Of a stretch of 64,000 nucleotides of DNA, positions 1 through 8,817 are shown piece by piece. Below the pieces are notes generated by a model that made no database searches, was not told the DNA's origin, and saw nothing but the letters and a program-made list of their open reading frames with translations. Made by a program: the position numbers and the translations under genes. The DNA lies in NCBI GenBank assembly GCA_947624085.1, contig CANQIK010000002.1:7639-71638 (forward strand), in the 5' to 3' direction. How positions within the stretch are numbered: the first letter of the stretch is position 1; each line of letters opens with the position of its first letter. The stretch is from an uncultured Bacilli bacterium. GTDB lineage: Bacteria; Bacillota_I; Bacilli_A; RF39; UBA660.

Positions 1-891
1 AGTATTTCTTTTAACCATTTCTTTATCAATATCATTTAATAGTACAAATTTCTTTTCTAGCCATGTTGGCGTGATTAAATCTTCCTTAATAGGGTCACCG
101 GTAATTCTTTCAATTACTATCGTAGGATCTAATAATTCAAGCTGACTTATGACAATATCGATATACTCTTCTTTGCTAAGAATAGAAAAGTTATTTTCTT
201 CATAAATTTGGGCAAGTTTAGTGTTTTTTAAAACATGAAGCATATGGATTTTAATGCCGTCAATATGTAATTCGTTTAAGAATTTAATTGTATTTAGCAT
301 ATCTTCTTTAGTTTCATAAGGAAGACCATTAATAATATGGGCTACGACAAAAATATTTAAAGTGTGTAGTCGTATTACAGCTTCTTTAAAAGCCTCGCTA
401 TCATGACCTCGATTAATAAAATTAAGCGTATTATTATTTGAACTTTGTAAACCTAACTCAATAGTCAAAAAAGTTTTTTGATTTAATTCTTGTAAATACT
501 TGTAGCACTCATCAGAAATGCAATCAGGTCTTGTTGCAATGCTTATCCCCACTACCTCAGGATATTTAAGAAAGCTATCACAATATTTTTTTAATAAATT
601 AAGATCTAAACTTGTATTACTACCAGTTTGAAAATAGACAATATGTTTAGCTTTAGGCCATTTTTTACTAAGCACTTCTACTTCGGTTAAATATTGCTTT
701 TCTAAACCAAGAGTATTGTCTGTAATGTTAGCTTTACTATTGTCTTTGCAATATATGCAACCACCTGTTTGCTTGTTAGGACAACTAGCTCCAGCGTCTA
801 AAGGTATTTTAAATACTTTAGAATTAAATTTATTTCTAAGGAAATAATTAAAAGTATGATATCTTTTGTTATCTAAAGTATATTTAAACAT
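1..891 (-). CDS. Radical SAM protein, TIGR01212/YhcC-like. The N-terminal part lies in the window and the C-terminus extends beyond the window start.
   Basis: Minus-strand translation from ATG at 891..889 gives MFKYTLDNKRYHTFNYF...IPLDAGASCPNKQTGGCIYC... The Cys motif and overall pattern resemble E. coli YhcC. This ORF is not in the supplied track because it runs off the window. Confidence 0.6.
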   Translation of the reverse strand, partial: MFKYTLDNKRYHTFNYFLRNKFNSKVFKIPLDAGASCPNKQTGGCIYCKDNSKANITDNTLGLEKQYLTEVEVLSKKWPKAKHIVYFQTGSNTSLDLNLLKKYCDSFLKYPEVVGISIATRPDCISDECYKYLQELNQKTFLTIELGLQSSNNNTLNFINRGHDSEAFKEAVIRLHTLNIFVVAHIINGLPYETKEDMLNTIKFLNELHIDGIKIHMLHVLKNTKLAQIYEENNFSILSKEEYIDIVISQLELLDPTIVIERITGDPIKEDLITPTWLEKKFVLLNDIDKEMVKRNT

Positions 892-963
892 GGTTCATCA
901 CGCAATTAGTTTATCATAAATTGTTGTAAAAAAAAATAATTTATTGTATACTATTTATGTACT

Positions 964-1039
964 GCTGGAGTAGCTCAGTTGATAGAGCAATGCCCTCGTA
1001 AAGCATAGGTCATAAGTTTGATTCTTATCTCCAGCACCA
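964..1039 (+). tRNA. tRNA-Thr (anticodon CGT)
   Basis: 76-nt cloverleaf. Acceptor stem gctggag/ctccagc is a perfect 7 bp. D stem is gctc/gagc. Anticodon loop ctCGTaa. T stem ataag/cttat. It ends with discriminator A plus CCA. The T-loop TTTGATT is slightly atypical. Confidence 0.75.
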
Positions 1040-1040
1040 T
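1020..1040. repeat. attL core: 21-bp direct repeat (gattcttatctccagcaccat) overlapping the 3' end of tRNA-Thr
   Basis: An identical 21-mer recurs at 39252..39272. The flanks diverge immediately on both sides. Confidence 0.75.
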
Positions 1041-1149
1041 TAAAATTATGAAATCCCTTAAAATAAGGGATTTTTTGATGCATACATTCCGAAAATTACT
1101 CTTTTTTTACTCTCATTACACCTATGTCGGAGTAATTTTGGAGTAATTT

Positions 1150-2283
1150 TTATACCATGTATTTATCAGTCGTTTGTGCAATCTCCTTTCTTACTTTGTT
1201 TGACAAATGTCCATATTTATCAACTGTGGTAGAGTAGTTTTTGTGGCCAATTCTTTGGGATATATGATATAGCTCCCAACCTTCAGACATCATAGTAGCA
1301 ACGAAAGTATGTCTTAGATCATACATTCTTATAACTGGCACACCACAACCCTTGGCATATTTTTTAAATTCTTTTCTTAAATATGTATCTGTATATGGCT
1401 TATTTGTTTTATAATTAAAGAATATCATATCACTTATTTCTCCATAGGTGTTTATTAAATGTTCTTTGTATTCTTCTAAATAATCAAACAAAATAGGAGA
1501 TATATCAATATCCCTTTGGGATTGTAAATTTTTTGTGCTTGAGAAGAAATTACTAGATTTATAATCATAATTAATAGAATGCTTTATTGAAACAATGCAT
1601 TTGTCTTTATCAAAGCAATCCCAAGTTAAAGCTCTAGTTTCTCCGATTCTATCTCCAAGAGCAAAAGTTATTATAGTTAATAATTTTATAGTTTTAGCTC
1701 CGTTGCTGTCTATTTTATCAAGATAATTTATGAATTTTGTAAATTCTTCGGGTAACCAATATTTCATTTCTGACTTATTTACCTTAATACCCTTTATATT
1801 TTTTGAAGGAGAACTAGCAATATAATCGTGATCCACACACCAATTTAAAAAAGTGCTTATGCATCTTAGTATTTCATTTTTTTGTTTATCCGTTGTTCCT
1901 AAAGATTTTATAAATTCTATAATATCAATTTTAGTTAAAGATGAAACTTTCCGATTATTAAATTCGCTTAAATATTTATTATAAAGTTTTACTTTCTTTC
2001 TAACAGTGCTAAAAGCTAATTTTTGAATGTTTTGACAATCATAAATATATTTGTCCCACAAGCATTTAAAATCTTCTCTAGAGGCCTGAATATCAATTGT
2101 AGTAGCCTTTGAAATAATTTTATTCCTAATTTTTATTGCTTGTTCAATGTCATATATTTTTTCATTATTAATTCTGCTTATACTTGTTTTTTTAGGTTTG
2201 CTTAAAACAATAACATAATTTTTATTCTTTTTATGCCTTTTTATATTTTGGTATCTTGTTTTTTCATATACATCTTTGTTCAT
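1150..2283 (-). CDS. int: Tyrosine site-specific integrase (phage integrase family)
   Basis: 377 aa. The C-terminal catalytic region carries LRHTFVATMM...HKNYSTTVDKYGHL (R..H..R..Y pattern). Its position next to the tRNA/attL is typical. An RBS agaaagaggg precedes the ATG. Confidence 0.9.
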   Translation of the reverse strand: MNKDVYEKTRYQNIKRHKKNKNYVIVLSKPKKTSISRINNEKIYDIEQAIKIRNKIISKATTIDIQASREDFKCLWDKYIYDCQNIQKLAFSTVRKKVKLYNKYLSEFNNRKVSSLTKIDIIEFIKSLGTTDKQKNEILRCISTFLNWCVDHDYIASSPSKNIKGIKVNKSEMKYWLPEEFTKFINYLDKIDSNGAKTIKLLTIITFALGDRIGETRALTWDCFDKDKCIVSIKHSINYDYKSSNFFSSTKNLQSQRDIDISPILFDYLEEYKEHLINTYGEISDMIFFNYKTNKPYTDTYLRKEFKKYAKGCGVPVIRMYDLRHTFVATMMSEGWELYHISQRIGHKNYSTTVDKYGHLSNKVRKEIAQTTDKYMV

Positions 2284-2404
2284 AAATTTTCCCTCTTTCT
2301 ATTTGATTTTGGGATAATCTATGCTAAAATAATACATGGAAAATCCCATTTAGTCGTGTGGTTTTCTAATTGTCCCTTACTTGTTCGAGCGAGTAGGGGA
2401 TTTT

Positions 2405-2710
2405 TTAATTTAATAAAAATTTTATATATCTATCTGCTTCATCTTCATACTTATTTATACTCGTTTCAAAGACCCTATCAACTCTGTTTAACTGATTTAA
2501 TTCAATATGTGCTAATTCGTGAATAATAGTATTTTTTCTTTTGTAATAGGATAAATTCTTGTTTATAATAATATTATTTATTCCTTTATAGTTGAAAACA
2601 AAACCATTTATCCATTTAGGTAATTCTTTATAACTAACATTAGCATTATAGTAGGCTAATATTTCTTTTTGTGTCATAAACCCGTTTAATAAATCTTTTA
2701 ACATACTCAA
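2405..2710 (-). CDS. ImmA/IrrE-family zinc metallopeptidase-like protein
   Basis: 101 aa carrying an HEXXH motif in IIHELAHIEL. It sits immediately downstream (same strand) of the XRE repressor, the classic ImmA-ImmR arrangement. Confidence 0.65.
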   Translation of the reverse strand: MSMLKDLLNGFMTQKEILAYYNANVSYKELPKWINGFVFNYKGINNIIINKNLSYYKRKNTIIHELAHIELNQLNRVDRVFETSINKYEDEADRYIKFLLN

Positions 2711-2742
2711 CCCTTTTTGTTCTTTTTTTTGTTACTAACGAA

Positions 2743-3096
2743 TTACTTTACATCATACCAATGTTCTTTCTTTTTTTGTGGCGAGCTTTTCTTACTTTTT
2801 TTCCTTTTTACCTTTTCTCCATCATCTATAGGTTCATCTTCTTTATTATTATTCCATAAGAGGCTATTAATCCAATAATAAAACAATGGGGGAAGGAAAG
2901 TGCGAACCGGGTTTTCATCGCTTATTGTTGCCCTGATGGCAATAAAAATTATTGCAACAATAATGGAGTTCCATATTAAAATTTTTCTCGTTTGCCTTTT
3001 TCCAAAGCTATCTTTTCTCCTAAAGAAGATTATAAATGGTGCTATCATATAAGCAAAAATTGTTATTATCAAATCTATACACATATAAATACTCAT
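2743..3096 (-). CDS. Small membrane protein with a Lys-rich C-terminus; possible superinfection-exclusion protein
   Basis: 117 aa with two hydrophobic segments. It is co-oriented with the repressor and integrase in the lysogeny module. Confidence 0.45.
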   Translation of the reverse strand: MSIYMCIDLIITIFAYMIAPFIIFFRRKDSFGKRQTRKILIWNSIIVAIIFIAIRATISDENPVRTFLPPLFYYWINSLLWNNNKEDEPIDDGEKVKRKKSKKSSPQKKKEHWYDVK

Positions 3097-3455
3097 TCTC
3101 CCAACTCCTTATCTATTTCTTTTTTTCTTTCTTCAATTATGGTTTTAATTATATTTTTATCACTGTCTGTTAAGATATCTTTATGTTTATCAAATAATAA
3201 TTCCAATTCATTATAAGTATTATTCTGATTATTTCTTAGATCTTTACCAACTAAATTATCCATAGGAATATTAAAATAGTCTGATAGTTTTATTATATCT
3301 TCTGTTGTTATTTCTCTTGAATCGGATTCCCACTGACTTATAAGAACTCTTGATTTATTTACAATATTAGCAAGTTCTTCTTGAGTCAGACCTTTTTGCA
3401 ATCTTAAAAACTTTATATTGCTTGAAATAAAATTCACTTTTTTCACTCCCTTCAA
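3093..3455 (-). CDS. XRE-family HTH repressor (cI-like)
   Basis: The HTH reads LRLQKGLTQEELANIVNKSRVLISQWES. It is divergent from the Cro-like gene. The track start is TTG at 3455. A GTG at 3437 preceded by AAGGGAG is a plausible alternative start. Confidence 0.85.
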   Translation of the reverse strand: MKGVKKVNFISSNIKFLRLQKGLTQEELANIVNKSRVLISQWESDSREITTEDIIKLSDYFNIPMDNLVGKDLRNNQNNTYNELELLFDKHKDILTDSDKNIIKTIIEERKKEIDKELGE

Positions 3456-3518
3456 TATAAATTATATATTAAAAGTTGCATTTTGTAAAGTTTATTGTAG
3501 CTTTTAGCAAAATAATGC

Positions 3519-3547
3519 TTGACAATGTAACTTATAGCAACTATAAT
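3519..3547 (+). promoter_or_regulatory. Sigma-70-like early promoter for the cro-like gene, inside the divergent cI/cro intergenic region
   Basis: TTGACA at 3519..3524, a 17-nt spacer, TATAAT at 3542..3547. An RBS AAGGAG at 3558..3563 is followed by ATG at 3570. Confidence 0.5.
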
Positions 3548-3569
3548 GAAGATAGAAAGGAGAAAAAGT

Positions 3570-3809
3570 ATGAAGGAAAAAGTATTGTACATATCTAATA
3601 ATTTAAGGTCATATAGAACAAGACTAGGATATACACAAGAAAAAATGGCTAAAATGCTTAATGTATCACGCAATACGTACAATGATTATGAGGTAAATCC
3701 GCAAAAAGTAAGAATTGAAACATTACAAGATATTGCAGATATTTTACAATGCAATTTATCGGATTTTTTTGTACAGCTTAATGTAACTGAAAGCAACGAT
3801 AATTCTTAA
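3570..3809 (+). CDS. Cro-like XRE-family HTH regulator
   Basis: The HTH reads LRSYRTRLGYTQEKMAKMLNVSRNTYNDYE. The track ORF begins at 3546 inside the -10 element. The ATG at 3570 has a proper RBS. Confidence 0.8.
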   Translation: MKEKVLYISNNLRSYRTRLGYTQEKMAKMLNVSRNTYNDYEVNPQKVRIETLQDIADILQCNLSDFFVQLNVTESNDNS

Positions 3810-3821
3810 AAAAGGAGAAAA

Positions 3822-3980
3822 ATGGAAAAGAAAGAACCAACAAATATGGACTTATTTCAGTGCCTTTTAGAATTAAGTAAGAGATTATTTGATCAAAAAA
3901 AAATAACTAAATTGCTGTTAGTTATTTCAATAATGAATTTACTATTAAACTTAATACAAATGATATTGATTGTAGTGTAA
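3822..3980 (+). CDS. Small hypothetical protein (52 aa)
   Basis: RBS aaaggagaaaa then ATG. Below the 60-aa cutoff of the ORF track. Hydrophobic C-terminus. Confidence 0.3.
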   Translation: MEKKEPTNMDLFQCLLELSKRLFDQKKITKLLLVISIMNLLLNLIQMILIVV

Positions 3981-3991
3981 GGAGAAAAAAT

Positions 3992-4120
3992 ATGAAAGAA
4001 ACATTATTAGACATGTTTAAAAATTTATCTGATGAAGATAAAGAAGAATTTATAGAATTAATTATTAAAGAAATAAATAAAAAAGAATTGAACAATGCTA
4101 CTATTCAATTCAATAATTAA
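3992..4120 (+). CDS. Small hypothetical acidic protein (42 aa)
   Basis: RBS ggagaaaaaat then ATG. Reads MKETLLDMFKNLSDEDKEEF... Confidence 0.3.
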   Translation: MKETLLDMFKNLSDEDKEEFIELIIKEINKKELNNATIQFNN

Positions 4121-4121
4121 T

Positions 4122-4325
4122 TTAATTTTTAGAAGTTTCTTTAAAAGTTATCAAACCTAATTCTTGTAAAACTTTTAATGTTGCAAGTACAGAAATTTGT
4201 GAAGACAATGGAGTCATTAGTTGTTTTTGACTATTAAATTCTTCTCTATTAGATTCCATTAATTCATTAACTTCTTTAGCAATAACTTTTACTAATTCTT
4301 CTTTAGAAATTGAAATGTTATACAC
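4122..4325 (-). CDS. Hypothetical protein (67 aa)
   Basis: GTG start preceded on the minus strand by an AAAGGAG RBS. That RBS is supplied by the right arm of the 33-bp palindromic element. Confidence 0.45.
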   Translation of the reverse strand: MYNISISKEELVKVIAKEVNELMESNREEFNSQKQLMTPLSSQISVLATLKVLQELGLITFKETSKN

Positions 4326-4332
4326 GATATGC

Positions 4333-4365
4333 TACTCCTTTCTAATTAAATATTTTAAAGGAGTA
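4333..4365. promoter_or_regulatory. 33-bp palindromic element, copy 1 (tactccttt-N15-aaaggagta)
   Basis: Perfect 9-bp inverted arms. A near-identical copy lies at 4999..5031. The arms double as RBS for genes on either strand. Confidence 0.4.
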
Positions 4366-4495
4366 AGTAAAAATAATCAATTGAAAAGAAAGGATAGTGA
4401 TAATTATGTTTCGAGAATGTACTACAGAAGAAATTCTAGAAATGATTGATGAGGCCACCAATAATAACAAACCACACGACTAGAAAGGGTGAAAA

Positions 4496-4660
4496 ATGGA
4501 AATAAAAGAACTTGCAACAATTTTCTTAACAATATGGTATTTAATTCACATAATTTGTGCTTTGTTTATGTTTTTTAGGAGAAAAGAAAAGATACTTTAT
4601 ACAGTATCAATGCTAATGATATTACTTATAAGTCTTTTCTTGATTTGGATAATTGTTTAA
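4496..4660 (+). CDS. Small membrane protein (54 aa)
   Basis: Preceded by the conserved motif cacacgactagaaagg (4473..4488), which ends in an RBS. The product is hydrophobic: IFLTIWYLIHIICALFMFF. Confidence 0.3.
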   Translation: MEIKELATIFLTIWYLIHIICALFMFFRRKEKILYTVSMLMILLISLFLIWIIV

Positions 4661-4991
4661 TGATTGGATAAACTTTTTCTAATTTTTTATCAATACCTTC
4701 TTCTTTATTATTTTTGATGATGTTGTTAAGAAGTTCAATATCTAAATTTGGAAAATAATATAGAAGAATTTGTGTAGCTTTTAGATAATTTTCGACATCT
4801 CCATAAGTTAAACCAAGTAAACCAGAACCTATACTATTTAAATAATCAATTACGGCTTTATCCTTAGCAACTTGAGAGAGTTCAAACCTTTTAAGCTTAA
4901 CTTGAAACCAATTATTGATTATTGCAAGGACTATGGTCGGTATTGATGAAGATAACGCAACAATTATGGCAACCCATATTGTATCAGACAT
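4626..4991 (-). CDS. Membrane protein (121 aa); possible exclusion or abortive-infection function
   Basis: N-terminal TM segment WVAIIVALSSSIPTIVLAIINNW. RBS gaaaggag on the minus strand is supplied by copy 2 of the palindromic element. Confidence 0.5.
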   Translation of the reverse strand: MSDTIWVAIIVALSSSIPTIVLAIINNWFQVKLKRFELSQVAKDKAVIDYLNSIGSGLLGLTYGDVENYLKATQILLYYFPNLDIELLNNIIKNNKEEGIDKKLEKVYPIIKQLSKSRKDL

Positions 4992-4998
4992 TAATAAA

Positions 4999-5031
4999 TA
5001 CTCCTTTCCAACTAAATATTTTAAAGGAGTA
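4999..5031. promoter_or_regulatory. 33-bp palindromic element, copy 2
   Basis: tactccttt-ccaactaaatatttt-aaaggagta. It is followed at 5055..5070 by a second copy of cacacgactagaaagg. Confidence 0.4.
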
Positions 5032-5077
5032 GGAGAGAATAATCAAATCAAAATCACACGACTAGAAAGGAGATTAT

Positions 5078-5284
5078 ATGAACTATTATACAATGGCAGA
5101 CATAAAAAAACTTACCGGATTAAGCCAGACGGCATCTTATGATTTGATTAGAAATTTAAATAATCGCTTAAAGAAAGAATATCCAGGTACAGTTATATTA
5201 ACTGCCAAAATACCGAAATGGTATTTCAATAAAAAAACAAAGATGATAGGAGAAGAAGATGAAAAAGAAAATAAACAAGATTAA
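5078..5284 (+). CDS. Excisionase-like/AlpA-type small HTH DNA-binding protein
   Basis: 68 aa. MADIKKLTGLSQTASYDLIRNL is a single HTH typical of Xis/AlpA. RBS aaaggag precedes it. Confidence 0.55.
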   Translation: MNYYTMADIKKLTGLSQTASYDLIRNLNNRLKKEYPGTVILTAKIPKWYFNKKTKMIGEEDEKENKQD

Positions 5285-5459
5285 TGCAATTTATTTAGGA
5301 GTGGCATTAATAGGCCTTTTATTAACACTAAGTAATGCGTTATATTCAATTGTTAATAAAACGTATTCTTTAGATGATTTAATAACTGACATACTTTATT
5401 TTGTTGCGGTATGTATGTTCGTTGAAATTTTATATTTGGGTATAAAAAGAGAGAATTAA
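5259..5459 (+). CDS. Small membrane protein
   Basis: 66 aa with two TM segments. Confidence 0.4.
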   Translation: MKKKINKINAIYLGVALIGLLLTLSNALYSIVNKTYSLDDLITDILYFVAVCMFVEILYLGIKREN

Positions 5460-5554
5460 TACCACAACTATAATTCTCTAAAAATAATTTTAACATTTTT
5501 AGAGAAAAAAATCAATTATCAGGGGGAGATATAGACACTAGAGGAAAGGAAAAA

Positions 5555-6202
5555 ATGAATAGCTTTACAATTTATGAAGAATATATGGATTTAATCACGT
5601 TATTGCCTAAAGAAAAAGAACAACAAGAATTATTATTAGCTATCTGTAAGTATATGTTTTACGATGAAGAGCCTAATTTGAATAATGATCAAATGAAAAT
5701 ATTTAAGAACTTAAAAAGGCCTCTAGATAAAAGTAAAAACAAAAGCAAATTAAAATCAAAACAAAATCAAAATGAAATCAAATCAAAATCAAATGAAAAA
5801 GAAAACAACACCAACAACAAAACACATCAAGATGTTGATGTTAATGTTAATGTATATGTTAATAATAATTTATTTAATTACATACAAAAAGAATTAAATA
5901 GAACTTTATCTAGTAGTGAAATAGAACTTATTAAAACTTGGGAAGATAATGAGATTACAAGACACGCAGTAAAAGAAACTGCTCTAGCAAGAGCTACAAG
6001 TTTAAAATACACTGAAAGAATTTTGCAAACTTATAAATCAAAAGGTTTAAAAACTTTAGCTGATGTAGAGAAATATGAGAAAGATTTTCAAGAAAGGAAA
6101 AATGGCAAAAAGCCAACTTGGTTTGATAAAGACATAAAAATGGAGTCTACCTCAAATGAAGAAAGAAAAGAACTAAGTGAATTATTAAAGGAGTTTAAAT
6201 GA
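5555..6202 (+). CDS. DnaD-domain replisome organiser-like replication protein
   Basis: A C-terminal DnaD/DnaB_2-like segment LSSSEIELIKTWEDNEITRHAVKETALARATS. It opens the replication module. Good RBS. Confidence 0.6.
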   Translation: MNSFTIYEEYMDLITLLPKEKEQQELLLAICKYMFYDEEPNLNNDQMKIFKNLKRPLDKSKNKSKLKSKQNQNEIKSKSNEKENNTNNKTHQDVDVNVNVYVNNNLFNYIQKELNRTLSSSEIELIKTWEDNEITRHAVKETALARATSLKYTERILQTYKSKGLKTLADVEKYEKDFQERKNGKKPTWFDKDIKMESTSNEERKELSELLKEFK

Positions 6203-6423
6203 AAACACAAAGAGAAGTAGTATTAGACCATTTAGTTAGATTTGGCAATATATCAACTATCGAGTGTTACGAAAAATACAAAATAACAGACTTACAACAC
6301 GCGATTATGGAACTTAGAAAAGCAGGATATTTAATAATCGATAAATGGGAAAAGCCAAAGAATACAAATGGCTACTCAAGAAAATATAAAAGATATTTTT
6401 TAGGAAGGGAATATGAAGAATAG
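6199..6423 (+). CDS. Hypothetical small DNA-binding protein (wHTH-like)
   Basis: 74 aa. Overlapping ATGA start/stop coupling with its neighbours. Confidence 0.45.
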   Translation: MKTQREVVLDHLVRFGNISTIECYEKYKITDLQHAIMELRKAGYLIIDKWEKPKNTNGYSRKYKRYFLGREYEE

Positions 6424-6889
6424 GAAAATATCAGGGGAATTTGGTGTATTTCATTTTATAAGAAGAAAACGACAAAAGCAAGCTTATGATATGGCAACAA
6501 TTGTAAAGATAGAACTTGAAAAAGTTTTAGAACCTTTTAAAAACGATTTAGGGTATACCGCTGAAACATTGATAAAAAATTGGAATTTAGAAACTGAAAT
6601 AGGTAGCTTAAGGATAAAGCTAAAAGACCGCGATAAACAAATACAACTTCTAAAAATTCAATTAGAAAATGCAATGAAAAGCATACAAGATTATAAAAAC
6701 AATCAAGAAAAACTTAATGAGTATTTACGAAAAGCCGGCGAACTTTTAAAAGGCATTAGCGAAAAACCTCTAGAAAAGGCAAATAAAGTAACTCGCTTAA
6801 AACCTGATAGAACTAAATCAAGTCAAAAAATAGGATTAAAAAGTGGTGCTAAAACTAGCAAAATTATAAAACAAGTAAAGGAGATTTAA
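6413..6889 (+). CDS. Hypothetical coiled-coil protein
   Basis: 158 aa. The central section is a heptad-rich, Lys/Glu-rich coiled coil. Confidence 0.45.
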   Translation: MKNRKISGEFGVFHFIRRKRQKQAYDMATIVKIELEKVLEPFKNDLGYTAETLIKNWNLETEIGSLRIKLKDRDKQIQLLKIQLENAMKSIQDYKNNQEKLNEYLRKAGELLKGISEKPLEKANKVTRLKPDRTKSSQKIGLKSGAKTSKIIKQVKEI

Positions 6890-6890
6890 T

Positions 6891-7211
6891 ATGAATAATG
6901 TTGTTTTAGTAGGTCATCTTGCTCAAGACCTAGAAATAAATGAACAAGAAAATAAGAAATGTGTTGAATTGTTACTAGAGGTAAATAGACCTTTTAAAAA
7001 TGCAGAGGGTACGTACGACATAGATATTATCCCATGTAGACTATGGGAAGGCATAGCAATTAACGCAACTATCTGTTGCAAAAAAGGTGATACAGTTGGG
7101 ATAAAAGGACGGATTCAATCTGATGAAAAGGGAACTTATGTAGTAATAGAAAGATTATCATTCTTAAGTACAAAGAAACCTAGCGAGGTAAAAGAAAATG
7201 GAAGAAATTAA
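6891..7211 (+). CDS. Short OB-fold SSB-like protein lacking the acidic tail
   Basis: N-terminus MNNVVLVGHLAQDLEI resembles an SSB N-terminus, but there is no C-terminal DxPF tail. Confidence 0.45.
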   Translation: MNNVVLVGHLAQDLEINEQENKKCVELLLEVNRPFKNAEGTYDIDIIPCRLWEGIAINATICCKKGDTVGIKGRIQSDEKGTYVVIERLSFLSTKKPSEVKENGRN

Positions 7212-7920
7212 AAAAACAGTAGCAAAAGCTGATATTACAACTAAAAAAGAAAACATAGAGAAGTTAAACATTTATGAAAAATTACTACTTATAACAAATG
7301 AAATAGGAGTAATAGAAAAAAACTTGAATGTTCAAGTAAGCAAAAATAATAGTTATAAAGCTGTTAGTGAAAGAGACGTACTTGATGCCGTAAAGCCACT
7401 TGAACAAAAATATAGAGTGTATAGTTATCCACACGCAAGGGAAATAATTGATTATGGAACATTACAAAAAGAAACGGAATTTGAGGGAAAAGTAAGTAGA
7501 ACTAACACTTTATATATGCGAGTTCAAATAACATATCGATTTGTTAATATTGATAATCCTGATGAATTTATCGATGTAATTAGTTATGGAGATGGATTAG
7601 ATTCCGGAGATAAAGCACCAGGCAAAGCAATGACTTATGCTGATAAATATGCATTACTAAAAGCTTATAAATTGTCGACTGGAGATGATCCTGATAAAGA
7701 TCCTAGTCCAGAAAATGGATATTCTAAAACTACTCCGAAAAAAGTTACTAAAGCTACAACAAGACAAATCGAAGTGTTATCAAAGGTTTATGTAGGAGAT
7801 AATTTAGTGAAGTTACTTCAAGCAAATAATATTGAAAAACTTGAGGATTTAAGTGTTCAAAAAGCAAGTGAACTTATAAAAAAATTAAATGAAAGAAATG
7901 AGGTAAAAGGAAATGAATAA
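7198..7920 (+). CDS. ERF-family single-strand annealing protein
   Basis: 240 aa. Pattern IYEKLLLITNEIG...YKAVSERDVLDAV...GKAMTYADKYALLKAY is typical of the ERF superfamily. It lies next to the SSB and the nuclease. Confidence 0.55.
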   Translation: MEEIKKTVAKADITTKKENIEKLNIYEKLLLITNEIGVIEKNLNVQVSKNNSYKAVSERDVLDAVKPLEQKYRVYSYPHAREIIDYGTLQKETEFEGKVSRTNTLYMRVQITYRFVNIDNPDEFIDVISYGDGLDSGDKAPGKAMTYADKYALLKAYKLSTGDDPDKDPSPENGYSKTTPKKVTKATTRQIEVLSKVYVGDNLVKLLQANNIEKLEDLSVQKASELIKKLNERNEVKGNE

Positions 7921-8233
7921 TGGAATAGTAAAAATTGAAAATAATAACATAGTTGTTGCAGAGGAAGTAATACAACAAATTAAAGATTTTACGAAGATTA
8001 AAGAAGAACTTGATTTGAAAGAAAAAGAGCTTAAGCAAGATTTAAAAGAGGCTATGGAAGAGCTAGGATTAAAAAAATTTATAGTAAATGGATTATGTGC
8101 AACTATTAAAGAGGCGACTATTAGAAAATCTTTAGACACAACTAGGATTAAAGAAGAAATGCCAGATATTTATGAAGAATATTTAAAAGAAACACCAGTT
8201 TCAAGTTCCATAACTTTAACAATAGCGGACTGA
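7913..8233 (+). CDS. Hypothetical protein
   Basis: 106 aa, acidic. Translationally coupled within the recombination module. Confidence 0.45.
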   Translation: MNNGIVKIENNNIVVAEEVIQQIKDFTKIKEELDLKEKELKQDLKEAMEELGLKKFIVNGLCATIKEATIRKSLDTTRIKEEMPDIYEEYLKETPVSSSITLTIAD

Positions 8234-8817
8234 TGGTTGAGTTTATTGAGGATGGTCATATTTACTTGATTGATGGAGTGATAGTTCCAAGTGTAAGTGA
8301 GCTTCTTCACTTCATCTTTCCAAATAAGTATGCAAACATAGATGAAAAGATTCTTAATAATAAAGCCAACTATGGATCTATTGTTCATAAAGCTATTGAA
8401 TGTTATGAGCAAAAAGAAACGTTACCAAAATTAGATTTGAACCAAGAATTTAGTTTAAATCAATATGTAAAAATTAAAAATAAAAACAATATAGAAGTTC
8501 AAGCCCAAGAACTAATGATTTATTATAAAAACTTATATGCAGGTAGGCTTGATATGATCGCAATTGTTAATGGTGCATTGAGTCTTTTGGATATTAAAAC
8601 AACTTCAACCCTTGATAAAGAATATTTATCCTGGCAATTAAGTTTTTATGAACTTGCTTATATGTCTATTTATGGAACACCACAATTTGAAAAATTATAT
8701 GCAATATGGCTACCGAAAAAGGATTACGGGCAATTAGTAGAAATTGAGAGAAAGCCTTTAAATGAACTTTTAAGGGTAATAAAAGAATTTAACGAAAGAG
8801 AGCTAGAAAATTTATGA
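8233..8817 (+). CDS. RecB-family PD-(D/E)XK nuclease (phage exonuclease)
   Basis: Motifs HIYLIDG...PSVSELL, GRLDMIAIV, LLDIKTT (D...D-x-K) and QLSFYELAY (QxxxY). Confidence 0.6.
   Translation: MVEFIEDGHIYLIDGVIVPSVSELLHFIFPNKYANIDEKILNNKANYGSIVHKAIECYEQKETLPKLDLNQEFSLNQYVKIKNKNNIEVQAQELMIYYKNLYAGRLDMIAIVNGALSLLDIKTTSTLDKEYLSWQLSFYELAYMSIYGTPQFEKLYAIWLPKKDYGQLVEIERKPLNELLRVIKEFNERELENL

Noticed and set aside
964-1039. The possibility that the tRNA at 964..1039 is a pseudo-tRNA, because its T-loop reads TTTGATT rather than TTCGAAT
   Set aside because: The acceptor, D, anticodon and T stems are all intact and the 3' CCA is encoded. The att core begins at 1020, so the 3' portion is phage-derived and reconstitutes the gene. 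It is treated as functional tRNA-Thr(CGT) with moderate confidence.
2233-2526. A + strand 97-aa ORF overlapping the integrase start and the ImmA gene
   Set aside because: It lies antisense to well-supported genes, has no RBS, and its low-complexity hydrophobic translation is typical of AT-rich antisense frames.
4915-5142. A 75-aa + strand ORF overlapping the 4626..4991 gene and the Xis-like gene
   Set aside because: It overlaps two better-supported genes in other frames and has no RBS. The Xis-like ORF has a clean RBS and start.
7885-8412. Minus-strand ORFs 7885..8139 and 8170..8412 inside the recombination module
   Set aside because: They lie antisense to coupled + strand genes and their translations are low-complexity (Ser/Phe/Ile-rich), typical of spurious frames.
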